Assembly (NCBI GenBank): GCA_951406725.2
Contig: OX597831.1
Coordinates: forward strand, 41,602,001 to 41,666,000
Length of the DNA stretch: 64,000 bases
Direction: 5' to 3'
Source: Octopus vulgaris
Taxonomy: Eukaryota
Shown here: positions 40,915 through 54,559 of the stretch, piece after piece
How the letters are laid out: each line of letters starts with the position of its first letter
How positions within the stretch are numbered: the first letter of the stretch is position 1
Program-made: the position numbers and the translations under genes
Notes under the pieces: generated by a model
What the model was told of the DNA's origin: nothing
What the model saw: only the letters and a program-made list of their open reading frames with translations
Databases searched by the model: none

Positions 40915-41875
40915 CGAAAAAAGCGCACGAGCAATTGGCTGATAGGTGGGAGGAGAAACCTCTGCACGGCAAATATGTGGCCCGTAGCAAACAAGCTGAT
41001 GTCGACCAGAAGCAAACCCATCAGTGGCTACGGAGCTCAGGGCTAAAAGCAGAGAGCGAAGGTTTCATCCTGGCTGCTCAAGATCAAAGCCTATTAACCC
41101 GGAACTACCAGGCCAATGTAATGAAAAATGGAGCAGACCCAAAATGCCGATTCTGCAATGACATGATTGAAACAGTGGACCACCTAATCTCTGGATGTAA
41201 AGTCTTAGCACCAGTGGAGTATAAATTAAGACATGACAGAGTTGGCCAATATCTACACTGGCTAATAAGTCGGCATTACAATATCAAAACTGCCGACAAG
41301 TGGTATAATCATCACCCTGAAGCTGTAACTGAAGGAGAAAGTGTAACGATTCTGTGGGACTTTCCAGTACATACAGACCGAACCATCAAAGCCAATAAAC
41401 CAGATATTCTTGTGAAAGACAAGAACAATAAAGTTTGCTTATTGATCGACATGAGCATCCCCTGTGATCATAATATTTCGGCGAAAGAGTTTGACAAGCT
41501 CAGAAAATATAAAGACCTGCTCATTGAAATTGAGAAAATGTGGCATCTCAAGGCGGTTACAATACCAGTGATCGTAGGAGCACTAGGAATGATCAAGAAG
41601 GGAACCAAAAATTATATGAGAATGATCCCTGGCTTACCATCCCTGCAAGAAGTGCAAAAGATTGTCTTAACTGGTACATCACACGTATTGAGAAGAGCAT
41701 TGTCGCTGTGAGAACTATTACTACCCATGTAGTAATAGTTTTTTTAACTTAAAAAAAAAAATGAACGAACTATTGAGTTTAGTTTAATGGCCTACCAATG
41801 TATACTATGAGTTTCTTTGCCCTAGGAGTCGGGAAGACACTCGGCAAGGAATGGAAGCAAATTTGAAAGAAAAAG

Positions 41876-41876
<1 letters not shown>
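40912..41876 (+). mobile_element. 5'-truncated R4/Dong-clade non-LTR retrotransposon; ORF 40935-41711 encodes a CCHC knuckle and restriction-like endonuclease
   Basis: KPLHG, AAQDQ, CRFC..ETVDHLISGC, RHD, ILWD, NKPDI..LLIDMSIP..K..KY; uninterrupted ORF; flanked by (TAA)n, the known Dong target. Confidence 0.92.
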
Positions 41877-41936
<60 letters not shown>

Positions 41937-41971
41937 TGATAATAATGGTAATAATGATGATGATGATGATG

Positions 41972-42054
<83 letters not shown>

Positions 42055-42055
<1 letters not shown>

Positions 42056-42604
42056 GAAATTCAGAAGATAGTGCTCATGGGAACTGCCCATATCCTACGC
42101 AAAATACACAGCAGAAAAGGTCACAGAAAACGAGAAAGCAACAATACTATGTGATATGTCAATACACACAGATAGAGAAAGTAAGGCCAATAGGCCAGAT
42201 ATAGTTGTAAGAGATCATGAAGGAAAAAAATACTTTCTAATTGATGTATCAATACCAGCAGATGACAACGTGTCTCTAAAGGAAATGGAGAAATGTTCAA
42301 AATACAAAGACCTGGAAACAGAGGTAACTCAAATGTGGAATCTAAAAACAGAAACAATTCCTATCACAGTAGACGCATTAGATATGATAAAAAAATATTC
42401 AGACAAATACATAACAAAAAACACCAGGTTTTACAAATATATATAACAAACAGAAAATTGCACTACTGGGCACTGCACACATCCTACGCAAAACACTCTC
42501 AATACAGTGACCATAAGAGCATCACAACAAACTACAGCACATACCCAAGGTACGCGGAGCTGCGCTCGGTAGTGAAGTGAAAGCACGTTATAAAAATAAA
42601 ACTA

Positions 42605-42608
<4 letters not shown>
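42055..42608 (+). mobile_element. Two further R4/Dong 3' fragments from different subfamilies
   Basis: EIQKIVLMGTAHILRKI (42055-42110), then HTDR..ANRPDIVV..LIDVSIPAD...QKIALLGTAHILRKTLSIQ* plus UTR. Confidence 0.88.
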
Positions 42609-42664
<56 letters not shown>

Positions 42665-42697
42665 TATTATTATTATTATTATTATTATTTTTATTAT

Positions 42698-42910
42698 AAT
42701 GCGCTGACAAGTACTGTCCTATGTCCTTAGAAAGACCCTATCGATTTAAATATCTCTGTTGTATTACATGAAGTTATTTCGCTACTGCCGCTGCCACTTC
42801 CCCTCCCCAAGCCTTCAGTCATACTGTAACATCTTTTATCCTTCACTCGCCCTAGGACACTGGGTGTGTCTTAACAAGTGAATATAACAAACATGCAGAT
42901 TAAAAGTAAA
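42698..42910 (+). mobile_element. Another R4/Dong 3' end remnant
   Basis: YVLRKTLSI*-like end, a UTR motif gccctagg, and a TAA tail. Confidence 0.6.
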
Positions 42911-42950
42911 TAATAATAATAATAATAATCATAATAATCATAATAATAAT

Positions 42951-43095
42951 AAATACTTGCCATTACAGTTTTAATCAATCATTTTGTTGCACAATGCGTC
43001 TCCATCTTTCCTTTAACTTGAATTAAGGTGCCGGGGAGGGTAAGTCGAAAGGTAAGCTACTATAAATCGGCACGAACTTTCCAGGCAACCCAATA
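42951..43095 (-). mobile_element. Remnant of the same mariner family as 9642-10207
   Basis: Shares cattttgttgcac..catctttcctttaacttgaa and the TIR ggcacgaactttcc..caacccaata. Confidence 0.8.
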
Positions 43096-43409
43096 TTTAT
43101 GTGAAGTAAAAGTGGAAAGAAAGTAACATAATTCAAAATTGAAACCAAAAATAATGGGAGAATGTAAAAATATATCGTATTTGATGGCATAAAAAGATAC
43201 TTGGGTATATTAGACGCACTCCAATTTCAACAGCGCCATATTTAGGGAAATTAGAGTTTACAGTGCGTTAAAGCGTGTAATATTTAAAACAATCTACTAG
43301 TAAGAGTACAAAGCATTTCAAAAGTACATCAGCTATAGAAGAAAGCATTACTGTATATAAAAAGTAATTTAGCAGTACAACTGAACATAAAGCAAGAAAT
43401 CACCAAGGG

Positions 43410-43840
43410 TTTCTTTCTACTCTAGGCACATGGCCTGAAATTTTGGGGGAGGGGGTCAGTCGTTTAGATCGACCCCAATACGCAGTTGGTTCTTAATTTA
43501 TCGACCCTGAAAGGATGAAAGGCAAAGTCGACCTTGGCGGAATTTGAACTCAGAACGTAAACACAGACGAAATACTGCTAAGCATTTCAGGCGGCGTGCT
43601 AACGTTTCTTATTTCTTTACTACCCACAAGGGGCAAAACATAGAGGGGACAAACAAGGACAGACAAACGGATCAAGTCAATTACATCGACCCCAGTGTGT
43701 AACTGGTACTTAATTTATCGACCCCGAAAGGATGAAAGGCAAAGTCGACCTCGGCGGAATTTGAACTCAGAACGTAAACACAGACGAAATACTGCTAAGC
43801 ATTTCACGCGGCGTGCTAACGTTTCTGCCAGCTTGACGTC
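43410..43840 (-). mobile_element. Two tandem or nested family B SINEs with different tails
   Basis: Copies at 43410-43608 and 43610-43840. Confidence 0.85.
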
Positions 43841-44517
43841 TTACGACAGTGAAAATATTGATACGACAACTCATTTGACATTACAATAATTTTTTTCTAA
43901 ATTTTTGCATAAGGCCAACGATTTTGATAGGAAGGGCAAATCGATCACATCGACTCCACTGCTCAACAGGTACTTATTTTATCGACCCCGAAACGATGAA
44001 AGAATAAACAGCAGTGTCATCGAAACTCAGAACTAAACGCTGGATATATAGCACAAGTAATAAAAGCAACGTTTATCTATAGAGTCAGGCTAATTTGAAG
44101 AGACCGTCTGGATTAAAATTAATCTGTAGTTGAGCATCAACGGGAAAAATTATCTTATGGAAACTCAGATTCGCTTCAAGGACCCAAGATGATGTTTTGA
44201 AAGACTTTTTTTTTTCTATGGAAAAGAAATTACATTTTATATTGTACTATACCATCAAATACTGTAAGCTGACTTTCTGAATTACTAACGAGTAAGTATT
44301 TAAAAACTGATCGATCATGTTGTTACCCTATACGTACTGTAATATTTTGGATTACTTTTAAAGTGCTTTCATGATTTTCATATTTTAAAGATCGCAGGTC
44401 CTTTTTTTTTCCACCAATAAATTAAGAAAAAATACATCTTTTATCTGTTATTAGACTGCGGCCATGCTGGAGCACCACCTCGAAGAATTTTAGTCGATGT
44501 AAACACATTAACACTGG

Positions 44518-44566
<49 letters not shown>

Positions 44567-44764
44567 ACAGACTTCTTTCAATTTCCATCTGCCAAATCCA
44601 CTCACAAGGCTTTGGTCGACCCGAGACTATAGTAGAAGACACTTGCTCAAGATGCCACGCAGTGGGACTGAACCCAGAACCACGTAGTTGTGAAGAAAAC
44701 TTTTTACCACTCAGTCAGGCCTACATGTTGACTTTTTTTTTTCCCAATTTCATCTTTAATAATC

Positions 44765-44978
44765 GTTTCAAATTTTTGCCACAAGGGCAGCTTGGAGGAG
44801 GTAGAGATGAATCGGTTACATCGATCCCAGTGTTCAACTGGTACTTACTTTATCGACCCCCGAGAGGATGAAAGGCAAAGTCGACCTCGGTGGAATTTCA
44901 AGTCAGAACGTATCGACGGGCGAAATACCGCTAAGCATTTCGTCCAGCACACAAACGATTCTGCCAGCTTGCCGCCTT
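44765..44978 (-). mobile_element. Family B SINE
   Basis: Matches the family. Confidence 0.8.
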
Positions 44979-45023
44979 CATTTCACTTGTCCCCTTGTGG
45001 GAAGTAAAAAAAAATCGCCTTCA

Positions 45024-45399
45024 TCTTTATATATAAAAGAGAGGTTGTGTGTCTGTCTCCTACGATTTAGATTCCAAACTACTCCCACATTTTGCGGTGC
45101 AGTTTAACCAAAACCGGGTATCTTATAGTCGTGATTCATATCGAGCCCTTCTGGGTATTAGCGCGCATCTACGATGAGTCTACGATTTAAAAAAAAAATT
45201 ACCATAATTTTTTTCCATTTTAATGCATTTTTTCGCTATTATATAAGGGAAGTAACTCTCTAAAAATGTCTACGTTGAGTCAACGATGTAAAAAAAAATT
45301 TACCATAATTTTTTTTCCATTTTTAATGCATTTTTTCGCTATTTTTTGGCTATAACTCTCTAAAAATGCTTATATAGTTATTTCCCTTACAAACCCTAG
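45024..45399 (+). mobile_element. Non-autonomous Helitron, same family as 11991-12491
   Basis: Near-identical body with one fewer internal repeat; ends CTAG|T but lacks the hairpin. Confidence 0.85.
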
Positions 45400-45518
45400 T
45401 AACATATAACGTTTCATCTTATGAAAATACAATTTATTTCAATTTACATATGTTTACACAATAAGCTCTTTATCATATTTGTGAACTACATTGCAAAGTT
45501 GTCAAAAAATTCTGTATA

Positions 45519-45679
45519 GACGCAGGAGTGGCTGTGCATTATGTAGCTTACCGCATGGTTCCGGGTTCAGTCCCACTGCGTGGCGCCTTGGACAAGTGTC
45601 TTCTACTATAGCCTCGGGCCGACCAAAGCCTTGTGAGTGGATTTGGTAGACGGAAACTGAAAGAAGCCTGTCGTGTATA

Positions 45680-45756
<77 letters not shown>

Positions 45757-45975
45757 ATATGTTTGTGTATCTGTGTTTGTCCCCCCAACATCGTTTGACA
45801 ACCGATGCTAGTGTGTTTACGTCCCCGTAACTTAGCGGTTCGGCAAAAAGAGACCGATAGAATAAGTACTAGGCTTACAAAGAATAAGTCCCGGTGTCGA
45901 TTTGCTCGACTAAAGGCGGTGCTTCAGCATGGCTGCAGTCAAATGACTGAAACAAGTAAAAGAGTAAAAGGGTAA
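45519..45975 (+). mobile_element. Family A SINE, full length
   Basis: Matches the family consensus. Confidence 0.9.
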
Positions 45976-46235
45976 AGAGTACTGTATTACATTAGTTCGA
46001 GTGTGCATGGCTTGCTTATTCGTTTTCCTATTTTCAGGGAAGCAAAGTTAAATTTTCTATTCTCACTTATTGGTTGTCTCAGTCTAAATTTCGCCGTTTC
46101 GCTCCATTTATACCGTAATGAAGACATTCCATACAAATAATGTATGTCGTGGTTTGAGTGAACCTGCTATAGAACGCTCCTTTTTTACTACAGAAATACA
46201 GAAATTGGTGGTTAATTACGCGTGTCGTTGAAGTT

Positions 46236-46284
<49 letters not shown>

Positions 46285-46319
46285 CAGCAGCAGCAGCAGT
46301 CGATGTCGTTGTTCTTCTT

Positions 46320-46803
46320 TCTTCTCCCAATCAGGACTCACACCATTAGCCACAAAGAATAATATCTAACTCGAGCCTACTCTAAGCTACTAAGAATGCG
46401 TGTAGCAACTTGAGGATGCACCCACCACACGCGATAGACTGGCGGTTGCACGGGCGCGAAAGCTACGTTGTTATTCTCATTCCGTAAACGGTGGCCTTTA
46501 ACGGGTGGAGAGCTGAACCATCCTGGTGTATAGAGGATTCGCAATTTAGACTAGAGTCTGAAAGTTTACAACACCATAGTGGGTTACACCATGGATCCTC
46601 TGCTTTGTGGCAGAAGTATGAAGAATAGTGAGAGAAAGTTGTGGTGAAAGAGTACAGCGGGGTTCACCCCACCCCCGCCGGAGCCTCGTGGAGCTTTGGT
46701 GTTTTTGCTCAATAAACACTCACAATTCCCAGTCTGGGAATCGAAACAGCGTTCTTACAACCGCGAGTCCGCTGCCCTAATCACTGGGCCATTGCGCCTC
46801 CAC
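46320..46803 (-). mobile_element. Family C SINE head and body with a putative tail type 3
   Basis: 46628-46803 matches 17380-17558. The unrelated GC-rich sequence to 46320 ends in gaagaagaag. Confidence 0.7.
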
Positions 46804-47539
46804 TAGTTGTTGCTGATGATTTTGTTGTAGCTTACACTATTATTGTTGAAAGGTCGTCTGGATGTTGGTATAAAAGTAATTATGTCTTTGTAACCTGCCC
46901 AATAAAGGACCTCATAGTACTGAGAATGTTGCCTAAAGATATTTTCATTCGCTGACAAATGCGAAATTTTAGTAGAGACCCCTGAGATCTCTTATACGAC
47001 AAATTTTATCATACTTCTCATGTGATTGGAGTAGCTGTTTACGTACTTAAGATTATAATCTGGCTTGTAGCATGGATAAAATAACCCTATGTTACGGTCC
47101 AGGGTGAAATCGAGGCAGTTGGCCGTCTTAAAGTTATTTTCCACTGCAATTCCTAGTTAATAATTGCTAAAAATATTACGTAATAGCTTCCTAGGCCTTT
47201 CATTGCAAACCTCACCAGTGATCGTAATTATAAGCAATGCATCATCCCGGTTCAAACCACCCTAGTGATCAGGAAAACTATCCTGTAAACTGGGCAATAA
47301 ATATTTTTGGACTAAGTCGGTGGATTTCTTTGTAATATCAAAATTCTTTGTTCTGTTTTTCCTGGCTCATAATTTTCCATCAAACTATAACTGAGCGCCA
47401 AGCATTTAGAATAATGCCAATATTCCTACGTGTTAAGGCAGAAATTTTCATTGCGAAAATTAGGGCCTTATTTAGTAATGCTGGAGATATACAGAAGTAA
47501 GCAGTCTCAATATGGAAGAGCATGTAGTGACGCTATTCC

Positions 47540-47860
47540 AACAGCGCGCCGCGCGCTAACGCCACTTCAGTTCGCGTGTGCGGAGTTTGGAGCCTTCTGT
47601 AGAGGCAGAAGGGAAGGGCCCTCTCGCGCATGCGCGACGACCGGAAGAAGGGAATGATGATGTGGCGTTCCCCTAAAAGGGTACAGGGAGACGCATAGCA
47701 GCAGTGAGCAGAGCGACTTGAGGCACAGCGACCGAAGGGAAAGCACGTATTTTCATACGTGTGATCAACTAATTCACGTAGCAGTCGGATAGAAGGTTTT
47801 TTCCACCAGACATTGTTGCAGACCACATTTTCTTCGCTCCCTAAGGACGCCATATTTTGA
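47540..47860. promoter_or_regulatory. CpG-rich housekeeping-type promoter candidate
   Basis: Unique CpG-rich island with an NRF1-type palindrome tcgcgcatgcgcga (47624-47637), ETS accggaag (47640) and YY1-like cgccatatt (47848). Confidence 0.6.
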
Positions 47861-49146
47861 CCAGCTCAGTTTTGCTGTTGCACTTGTAAGATTCTTACAA
47901 GCGTTAAAGTTTCAGCTCTGACACATCCATACCAAGCGGAACCAAAATACCACCTTATTTCTTACTGTTATAAGAACAATAAAGAGTATATATTGTTACT
48001 GTCGCGTTTGTGTTCTTTGACTGGTAGAATCTGGAAATTTAAGCAACGGAAATAGTGAACGCACCAGTTGCACCCTAAAAGTGCAAGAAGCAACCTATTC
48101 CCGTTACAAGCATAACCTGTACTTACGTATGTGTTGGATCACATCAACATAATCAATCACATCAAAAGTGGTGGACTACAGATAGAAACTTAGTTTAGCT
48201 GAGGTAGAGAGAATATTATCACAGACATATAACTGATCTCTCAACATTTTGCTAGTTAACTAACATAAATTTGTATCTTTATGTTGACATTGATTATTGC
48301 CAAAACTACTTTCATTAGTCTAATATTCATATTCAATTGTTCATTTATGTCAACGCCGACTTACCGCCAACAGTGTTGTCCACTTTCTCAATAAAATTTA
48401 TCCTATTCTGTTTCTATTTAAATATTTATAAGGTAAGATTGCTGATACTGTGGTTATTATCTCTATATATACTAATTATTATCTTTTCTTTTTTCTTTCC
48501 TCTCCTTCATTTTCCCTCCCTCTCCTTTGAAATTTCGCAGTGACCTTCGCTATTCTCTGCATGCATGAGATGAAGGCCGTGTGACAATAATAAAGATACG
48601 TTATAGCGAAAATGCAGATAATTTTTGAAATTTTTTATATGTAAATACCCTCCTCAGAGGGTACTTATGTCTGGAGCGCTACTGGTAACATATAATCCAG
48701 TACAACCTGTCGAATGGTCGGGTTGTCGGCGACTAAACTGGCAACCTCACCAGGCTTTCTTGGTGAAAATGGTGTAGTTGGGATGAAAAATATGACCCTT
48801 CAAAGGGCGGAGAGACTTACTTAGATATATATATTATTTATATTTAAATCTTACTTTATATATTTTAAATATATATGTATGTATATATATATATATATAT
48901 ACAAGATAAGAAAATGGAGATACACATCCAAATCAAATATCAATTACCAGATAATACTCAATCACATACTTTATTAAACCACCACATAAGAGACTGTAGG
49001 GTTAAATATAAAAAGCAGAACAAATCAGTGTACATAAAGGAATGTACATAAAAAAGTGTACATAAAAGAGTAATGTTGTATAATAATTAGAATATATATA
49101 AAAAAGAATATAAATACAAGTAAATATAAATATAAGCATACATTAG

Positions 49147-49273
49147 ATCTTACAGCTGTTTCGGCCATGTCGATAATTATGTCTCATTTTACCAATATTA
49201 GCCCTTTATGGTTGGTCAATATATAGAGATAAATGAGACAATAACAAAAATATCACAAGGCCTCTTCGGAGAT
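49147..49273 (-). ncRNA. Type I hammerhead motif with very long stem II (core variant CCGAAGA)
   Basis: Minus strand: atct CCGAAGA ggcc...tgtctcattt...aaatgagaca...ggcc GAAAC agct GTA agat. Confidence 0.7.
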
Positions 49274-49487
49274 TATGTAATATAACACAGTCTACACATA
49301 TCCCCACATGAGTGTGGGTGCGTACCCACAATACAACATATATATATATACATATGAGTGTATATATATATATATATATATATATATCAAAATATATACA
49401 TACATACATATGCATACATTTGTGTATATACATGCAAATAAATACATATTTAAATATATATATTTATACATAAACATACATATTGTG

Positions 49488-49612
<125 letters not shown>

Positions 49613-49629
49613 ATATATATATATATATA

Positions 49630-50004
49630 TCTATATAAACGGCAGTTTGTCTGTGCGTGTTTCTGTGTGTCTGTTTGCTTGTACCCTCACCCTGACCACG
49701 GCTTTCAACCGATTCTGATGAAACTTGACACACACATAGCCCAATGTCATAATTCAAAACCAACGCAGCGAAAATTTTGAAAAGTTCCCCAGTTCTGAAA
49801 AAAATCGATAAATTCGACATGGGGTCGAGAATCAGCACACAAACCGCAAACTGTCTAGGGGACGCAACTCCACCTTTTTTTACTCTCAAAAAAATTTACC
49901 ATCAGTTTTTTTCCATTTTTTTGCTATTTTTTGGCTATAACTCTCTAAAAATGCTTTATAGTTATTTCCCTTACAAACCTGAGCAACGCCGGGCGATACT
50001 GCTA

Positions 50005-50005
<1 letters not shown>
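49630..50005 (+). mobile_element. Non-autonomous Helitron, second subfamily
   Basis: A|TCtatataaacggcag start; the 3' ~110 bp, including the hairpin and CTAG|T, are shared with 11991-12491. Confidence 0.85.
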
Positions 50006-50041
<36 letters not shown>

Positions 50042-50398
50042 CATTCTGTTAAAGAGAAGAATTTAACTTTTACAAAGATCTTTTTCTAATTATTGCAATT
50101 GTATCAAGTAACTTTTGCAAAAGCTTGTGTGCGTGTGTCCATGTGTGTGTGTGTGTGTGCAGATATCTACGGATGCACAAAGTCGGGGGCGGGGAGCAGA
50201 AATCTGTAGTTATGCCTATATATGTTTGTATGTCAGTGTTCGTCCTCCCACCGCCATCGCTTGACAACCGATGCTGGTGTGTTTGCAGCTCCGTAATGTA
50301 GCGGTTCGGCAAGGAGATCGATAGAATAAGTACTAGGCTTACAAAGGCATAACTACAGATTTCTACCCCACCCCCGACATTATGCTTCCATAGATTTC

Positions 50399-50476
<78 letters not shown>

Positions 50477-51624
50477 CAATTAAAAAAGTTCAAACGGGGA
50501 ATTATTCCATTTAATATCATGTTTATTATAGAGTTTATGTAACAAATCAGAATTCATACTTTTATTTTAACTGTGCGTGTATATTCCTTATTTTTGCTTC
50601 TGGTGTCTTCTACCTTTCTATTAGAAACGTTTACCTGGGTAAGGTGTACTAGCCATCTGAATGTGGCTAGCCACTGGGGTGGGGTGTTACTGATGCTTTT
50701 AGCCCCAGGCGATCAACGTCACCAGATGGACTTTAGACACAATTTCAGTGCCCTTGTGTTATTTGCAAAGGGAGGTCATCCTCCCTCGAAAACCTAAGTG
50801 CTACATACGGACTATAGTTTCAAGGTAATTGCCTCTCGTCAACGCATGGTAAACACCGGTTTTCGATGAAGGAGACCCCCCTGCAAATAATATTTAACGT
50901 TTTTCACAGCAACCACTGTCACTCTCGTTCAGAGATTTATTATTGAGTTTACCTGGGAATTTACTTAAAGTAAAAAAACAATCGTATGCAACAGATAAGG
51001 CGTCTTAATAGCGTATTTCTGTATACTAGACCTTTAGCTGTTATTTTTAGCATAACGAGTTTTCTGGTGAGGGCTTCATTTGCCTTCATTGCCTATTTGT
51101 TGCTTCAGTAGAAATCTATGGATGCACAAACGCACGAAACGGAGAAAATGAAACAAATATGGACTTGTTCCGAAACACACCCGAGTGGGGAACAATTCTC
51201 AGAAATAACCCCCAATTGTTCCCCCCCCCCCCGCAAATTCCTACGTCTTCGGAATCTACATAATCCGAGATATATTTGCAGAGAATTTCATTAAAAAATA
51301 TCCATTTTCTTGAAAGTTAAGACGAATTGAAGTGGACTCCGGTGAATTTTCCGAATTTCCCCACTCCACCCACTCCTAAAACACTTCCCCAACCAAAATT
51401 TTGTATATTCGTAATCTACATGATATAACACATATTCGTAGAAAATTTAATTACAAAATATCCATTTTTCTGAAAGCTATGATCATCCAAAATCGGTGCG
51501 GGGTGGGGTGGGGCAGAAATCTGTAGTTATGTTTGAGTCCATGTAGACCGTAAATGGGCATGAGTATGCATGTGTGTGTGTATGTATAGATAACAGATAG
51601 ATAGATAGATAGATAGATAGATAT

Positions 51625-51689
<65 letters not shown>

Positions 51690-52200
51690 CAGACAAACAG
51701 ACGGGCAGGCTGATAGACAGATAGACGGACAGATAGATAGATTGTTAGACAGATAGCTATGTATATATGTATGTGTGAATTATGTTATCACGTAAGTACG
51801 CATTTATGTACATATGTATGTGTGAGTGTTAGTGAGTGAGTGTGTGTGTATATGCATATATGTAAACGTTTATGAATATATAACACAGTTTAGTGACTGC
51901 TGCATTCTACAACCTATAGTGACTGACAAAAAGGATATAAGAGATACTTACTACCCAACCAACCAACCAACCAACCCTCTCTCCTTGCCTCTGTCTCTCC
52001 CTCTCTATTTGCCTCCCCCCCTCTTTTTATCTCTATCTCCTCTCTCTCTCTTCACGTCTCTTTTTCTTTGTTTTGATTTAACATACAACGCAAATGTTTA
52101 AGAAATATGTTGTAATATGTTGTACCGGCTGATTATAATATTCATATTAGAACAACACGAACAAAAGTAATATTAACAACAACAACAACGACAACAACAA

Positions 52201-52236
<36 letters not shown>

Positions 52237-52533
52237 TAGCAGCAGCAAAAAGAAGAACAGAATATTAATAACAGTAATTTTATTTCTTTTTCATTTCCAT
52301 TTATAATAATCATTGTGCTTGTACTTTATAGTAAATATTAATATTACACACACACATATTCATATACATGCATATACATACACACACACACATATATACA
52401 TACATACATACATACATACATACATACATACATACATACATACATACATACATACATACATACATAGATATATATATATAATGTGTGTGTATATATATTC
52501 ATACCTGCATCTATCTATCTCTCCCTCACCCTC

Positions 52534-52604
<71 letters not shown>

Positions 52605-53565
52605 GCACATACACACATACACACACATACATATACACATATCTATGCACAGACAAACATTTACATACATACTCGCATACACACATTCATGTATAAAAAC
52701 ATACATATCTATATAGTATTGTACATTATCATTTTAAGAATATCTACTAAACAGCAACTCCTAAAACAAACTCCTTAACCAAGTTTTCAAAATAGCAACC
52801 AACAACATCTAAAGGGTCAAAAGTAAACTCCACAAGAAGTACTCAATCACAAACGACACCCTTACACACTTACTTAAACTCATTGCTTTCTGTGGAATAT
52901 TGACATCTCTCCATTGTTCTTGGTTCCGGGCTGCTACTCACAGGTTGGATTTCTGTTTTTACAGATATTTGTTTTGGTTTTGAATTGTCATCGATGTTTC
53001 CATATCTTTAACTTTTTCTAGGTAGGGATATTGGTCCTGTGCAAACCTATTATTTTTGCCTCTCAGAAGAAGTGGTTCATGTTAGTCTTCTGGCCTCTAT
53101 CCTCTGACCTGTCCAGTATTGGATGCCACACCATGTGTTTATAATCCGCTGGCATTGCTCTCAGTGTCATTGAGGCTCATGGGTCATCACAATAAGGACT
53201 GGACTTTGCAATGGAATGTCCCCAGACTTGCTGGACCAACACACCTCATGCAATATCTGGAGAAGAAACACTATATACAACAACACGTTTATATATGTGT
53301 ATGGTTCCTGCAAACTTGCAAATGATATTAAGCGGTTTCAAATTATGGCACAAAGCCAGGAATTATGGTGGCAGTGGGTAAGTTGATTACATCAGTGCTC
53401 AACTTGTACATATATTATGGACCCCAAAGGGACGAAAAGCAAAGTTTTGGATTCTGAACTCAGAATGTAAAGATGAATGAAATGCTGTTAAGCATTTTGC
53501 CCAGCATGCTTACAATGTTGCTGGCTTGCTACCTTGATGATGCTAATATTAACATAAAAGTGTAA

Positions 53566-53995
53566 GGCAGCAAGCTTGGCAGAATTGTTAGCATGCCAGA
53601 CAAAATGCTTAGTAACATTTTGTCTGGTTTTACCTTCTGTGTTCAAATTCTTATTTCTTTATTGCCCACAAGGGGCTACACACAGAGGGGACAAACAAGG
53701 ACAGACAAATGGATTAAGTCGATCATATCGACCCCAGTGTGTAACTGGTACTTATTTAATCAACCTCGAAAGGATGAAAGGCAAAGTCGACCTTGGCGGA
53801 ATTTGAACTGTAGCGAAGTGTAGCGGCAGACGAAATACCACTAAGCATTTCGCCCAGCATGCTAACGTTTCTGCCAACTTGTCGCCTTATGTGTTCAAAT
53901 TCTGTTGAGGTTGTCTTTACCTTTCATCCTTTCAGGATCAATAAAATAAGTAGCACCTGAACACAGGGGTCAATGCAATTGACTTATCCCTTCCC
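53566..53995. mobile_element. Family B SINE (+) with a second family B copy (-, 53652-53888) nested in its B box
   Basis: TSD tgtgttcaaattct at 53638-53651 and 53890-53903. Confidence 0.85.
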
Positions 53996-54559
53996 CCAAT
54001 ATTGCTATTGTAGAAGACACTTGCCCAAGGTGTCACACAGTGGGACTGAACCTAGAACCATATGGTTAGGAAGCAAGCCTCTTACCACCCAGCCATGTCT
54101 GTGCCGACAAACATATTTACATATATCCACACAAGGTAGACTAACAGAGCTTTCTTACAAAAACTTGGCTATACTTAAACATAACAGTCTTAATATAGTT
54201 CTTTAGCACATAAAAGAAAAATCATTAACATTCACAGAGTTCAGTTGTACTGCAGATACGAACACTTATTCAAAAATCAGTGAGAATGAAGATATTTATG
54301 GACAACACAACAGTATTTTTACTTTGATTATGAATTCACATTTTCCTTTATGACTAGAGGTGAGCTGAATCATATCAGTAAATGTTTAAGTGACATCCTT
54401 GAAAGGCTGGGGTGGGTTTTTAGACAGAGATGGTGACCTACTAAAATTCTGAATACACCCTGTAATTAAAACAGTTAAGACGAAAAATACATTTCTAAAG
54501 TCACACTTGTGTGTGTGTGTGTGAGTTTATCCATATTCCAATTACTCTCTTTTTACTTA

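Noticed and set aside
46395-46470. Resemblance to a c-di-GMP riboswitch or HDV ribozyme (gggcgcgaaagctac)
   Set aside because: The required pairings and L3 CC are missing; the sequence lies in a probable SINE tail.
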